Source: Leptogorgia sarmentosa (Eukaryota). Taken from it: 64,000 nucleotides of DNA. The translations under genes and the position numbers were made by a program. The notes below the pieces were generated by a model that saw only the letters and a list, made by a program, of their open reading frames with translations, searched no databases and was not told the origin of the DNA. This document shows positions 60,353-64,000 of the stretch, piece after piece; position 1 is the stretch's first letter; every line of letters starts with the position of its first letter. The DNA lies in the NCBI GenBank assembly GCA_964658305.1, contig OZ210885.1, forward strand, positions 5,580,001 to 5,644,000. Direction: 5' to 3'.

Positions 60353-62921
60353 TTAGACCAGAGATGGTCTGAGTTTCATTTCGGTTTTCTTCAACGAGTA
60401 ATAATATCCCTTCCAACCCGCCCAGTTCACACCATCAGCGTACGACTTGTGCGGGCCAAGGTAATAAAAGCCATTCAAATTTGATTTGTGGCAATCGGAA
60501 TGCCACCAGGCTCCTTTGTAGGTCACAGCACAATTTCGTCCAATATCCACGTCGTTATCCACATCTCGAGTAGTGAAGGCCATGCCACGTTGGTATCCAA
60601 AAGAGTCGCCAGCCGTTCCTGAAAATCCAAAAGGGAGGTTGTAAATAAAATAACACAAATTAATAGAATCTTAACATCCTCGGTGAAGCCAAAATTAGAG
60701 ATTAAATGCTATTAAATGTTTTGTTTAATTTTTACGGTTTCTATAACGATCCGCGGTAGCAACTTGTTTCGGAACGAACGTCTAGTGACTGTAACGACAG
60801 GGCGAAACAGAGAATGACAATGTTGCTGGGGTATAACAAGGCCCGTCTCAAAGACACGAGGAGTGGTTTATATTTTGTTGGAAACAAGACAACAGTCGCA
60901 TACGTGCTTAAATGCTTTGGGCAAAGCAACACATTAACGTCGTGTTTTGAATAGAAATGTAGAGCTATAGGTAGTAATTCACTGGAAGATCTCCGCTATA
61001 CTTTGATAGCACATGACACAATCTTTATTTAAGAAATAGAAAACATTTTCCATGTTTTTATAGATTTATAGAAGCACGCCTGGAAGTTTGGGAGAAACAA
61101 GAAATTCCGTGGGAAAAAAATTTGCACGGAAAAAATGTTTTCTATTTCCTTTAGTAAATAGCCTTTTAAAAACAATAAAAAAGATAAGTTTATTGATTTT
61201 TATTACATTCATTCAATGATTCATTTTACTGTTTAATTTCCCGCCCAATCCACGCAACCCGCGTCAAAATCCTCGTGTCTCTATAGTGTTTTAGATACAC
61301 GGGTTTTTTGAGCTCTCGACCAAACAACGCCAGTGTTTTTAAAAGGCTATTTTATAAATAACTATAAGAGAACAACTTGCGACTTAAAATCATTCCTTAT
61401 TAAGCCAGTAAACTGGACAGCTCAAATTTCACACACAGGTCGTTCGATAAAGAGTTATGAAAACTCCAGAAATTATGAATACCGAATGGTTCTCCGTGCA
61501 GGATTGCGTCATCCATGCACGCGAGATGAGGCGAGAGTTTCGGAAAACTTAAAAATCACAAACCGCAGGCGAGTGACATTCAGCTTTCGGAAACTCATGC
61601 CACATCCCAAGTGACGAAGTGAATCGATGACACAATCTTGTATTTATTATTTAAATGTGTTTCTTTATCGAAAAAACCGTATTGGAACTGTTGCTAATTC
61701 ACATCCATCGGAAAGAGAAACTCGCACTGGAAATCGAAGCAAAAGTTGCAATGAAAAATGGGGCCGGCTTTTGGCTTTACTTTGGAAGGGGAGTCTTCAC
61801 TAGAAATCTATCATGGAGCTCTCAGTGTCAACCATCGTTGAAATTGTGTTATAATGAAGTATACCTGAATATATGCCCAGACTTAATTTATACTTGGCAT
61901 CTTCTGCAGCGATGGCAAAGAAACTGTATTCAGCGTACGTTGTGTTTCCTGTTGTGTCCCACAGGTCGAATCGAATAACTTTTGTACTGACATTTGTTAG
62001 TCGGTGGATTTTGTCCAGACCAAGCCAATATTCGCCTTTGGGATCACCAAAACCATTTTTGTAATCTGTCCAGTTGCGGTAGAAATCTACACTACCATCA
62101 ACACGTCTTTGAATGATCGTCCAACCCCCTCCTGATGTCGTCATATCACATCTTACTCTAAATGCGCCTTTGCCGTCTGGATCAATGGAATAAACACCAT
62201 TTGTTGTGTGACCTTTCTGATAAAGATCAGGACAGTCTCTTCCTGAAGTAAAAGAAGACAATTTTATACACTTTCTACCTAGATTTATGATCGCACATTG
62301 GCTACCGGTAGGGAAAAACTAATTTTTCCTACCATAATACATTATGGAAAATTTGCATAAATAGTATCGTACGCTATGACACTTGAAAAGAATAAATGCT
62401 GCGGAAAGGAAGATGAATTGAAAAAAAAGTGTGTTGGTTATTAATAAATTTTATGCAATGAACTCTGACTTGCTTACTTGAAATTGGGTTTATATTTTTG
62501 TAAAGTCAAAATTGTTAAATTCCGAAAATGCCGAAATTTGATGGTGAAATCATACAGTGGTGGTGAAAACAAAATAAGGAAAGAACTGACTTATAAAAGT
62601 GGTGAAAATCCTTAAATTTGGTTAAAAATTGTTGTAATGTTTAGAAGATATAGCCTTACTGGCAAATTTTCTCTTTATTGTGTTTTGTAAGGAATTGCTG
62701 GCACATTTGGCAACATATTTATAAATATATTGGATTTCGTTTTTTCGCGCGTGTAGATCTGTCTCTACGCATACAATATTGTTATTGTCTACAATGGGAA
62801 CTGTCCATTGATCTAAGCAGATAGCTACAGCTTGAAAACTGCTTATGGCAAGATATTGAAAATTTTGCAAATTACCTGGATTTCCATTGGCATCCTTTCT
62901 CTTTTCCTCTTCTATTTTTGT
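60353..62921 (-). CDS. FReD gene copy E, 5'-truncated by the window edge (exons 62921-62876, 62242-61865, 60618-60353)
   Basis: Near-identical to copy C. Confidence 0.85.
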
Positions 62922-63060
62922 CTACATTGGAAAATGATTACAATTTTTTGATGTCTGATTTAATATAATATTAGTGAAATAAAGTAGTTGCCTTTTGTTT
63001 TATATACACATACACAGCTCTGATGGTTTGGAAGAACTTCTCAAGTGCAGTGTGCATTTA

Positions 63061-63896
63061 GGCCTAGGTCAAACGTCGAATTTTCATGTGCCGAACCTAA
63101 TGTTAACATGACGCTCCAGGGAGCGTTAACTCGCTGGGCATACACAAATAGGGACATATATACATTATACTGTATATCATAGAAATTCGGATTATAATTA
63201 TTCGGTTTTATTATTATGATCGACGTGCACCGGTGGAAAACCCATTAAACACGCTACCACGAATGTGCAGAGTTAGACACAATTCAAAATCCATAGAAAA
63301 CAGGTACAATTTGTTCAAAATTTTCACGAAATTGTTCAAAACACTTTGCCCACTCCATGAAAGAATATATTATTCATTCTGTTTTGAAAAGGGTAAATTT
63401 GGTTTTTAGAGAGCCACATTTTTCACAAACAATCCCAAAGCGCTGTCTCTATTTTAAAGACACAATAACATAAATAATGCGATATCATATTTCGTCGAGT
63501 TTTAATGCCAAATGTTTTTATTTGTATGCCAAATGTGTAGATCTGAATACTAAATGTGTTGATCTGACTGGTTGCAATTGATTTGAATGTGATGTTGAAA
63601 AGCGTTTCAAAAATTATAAGAAATACAGCAATAACTAATCTATCTCCATAAGGATTTCAACCACAGAGTAAACTACTGTAAACATAGTCTTGGCCTCAGT
63701 GGAGACATTGAGAACAAAAAGTAGGACTCGAAACTCTCATCTGAAAGTAGGGGTTCTACAGGTACCAGTTCTCCTGCATCCGCATTTTAAGACATCGCAC
63801 ACATGTCGTCATTTTTGAGGGAAGTGTAAACGCCTGAGCAGGCGTCTTGTTTGCATTAGGTTCAGCGCATGAAAAGTACGACGTTTGACCTCTGCC
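63061..63896. mobile_element. PIF/Harbinger-type MITE, duplicated copy
   Basis: Same TIR and TTA TSD; lies within the segmental duplication. Confidence 0.82.
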
Positions 63897-64000
63897 TTAG
63901 ATTCGGCCACGCGTCTAGTAATACTCCAACTCGTACTCATTTCCATAATATAAATAATATAATATTAAAGTGTTAAATCGAAGGCTTGTTTTGAGTAAAC

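Larger units (their letters stand above)
57760..64000 (+). repeat. Segmental tandem duplication of ~43455-49715
   Basis: Long colinear near-identity including introns and MITEs, offset about 14.3 kb. Confidence 0.9.

Overview
Eukaryotic, intron-rich, AT-rich animal DNA; the repeat types and gene family suggest a marine invertebrate such as a cnidarian (inference only). The backbone is a tandem minus-strand array of secreted signal peptide-PAN/apple-(S/T-rich)-fibrinogen-related-domain (FReD) genes: four complete copies, one 5'-truncated at the right edge, and an exon 1 at the left edge. Intron 2 of the first complete copy holds an apparently intact 16,160-bp Polinton/Maverick (adintovirus-type endogenous virus, 11497-27656) with 113-bp TIRs and an ATAATT target-site duplication; empty sites are visible in paralogous copies. 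It encodes an RVE integrase with chromodomain, minor and major capsid proteins, a basic core protein, an adenain-like protease, a packaging ATPase and a protein-primed PolB that appears split by a spliceosomal intron. It also carries unusual accessory genes: an LRR type-I membrane protein, a tandem GRF zinc-finger protein, a candidate multi-intron RING-like gene, a candidate myristoylated peptide and two possibly paralogous terminal ORFs. Also present are a non-autonomous CACTA/EnSpm-like element with kinase and SAM-type remnants, several hAT, Harbinger and TA-target MITEs, and a solo LTR. All protein assignments and splice models come from motif recognition by eye, not from searches.
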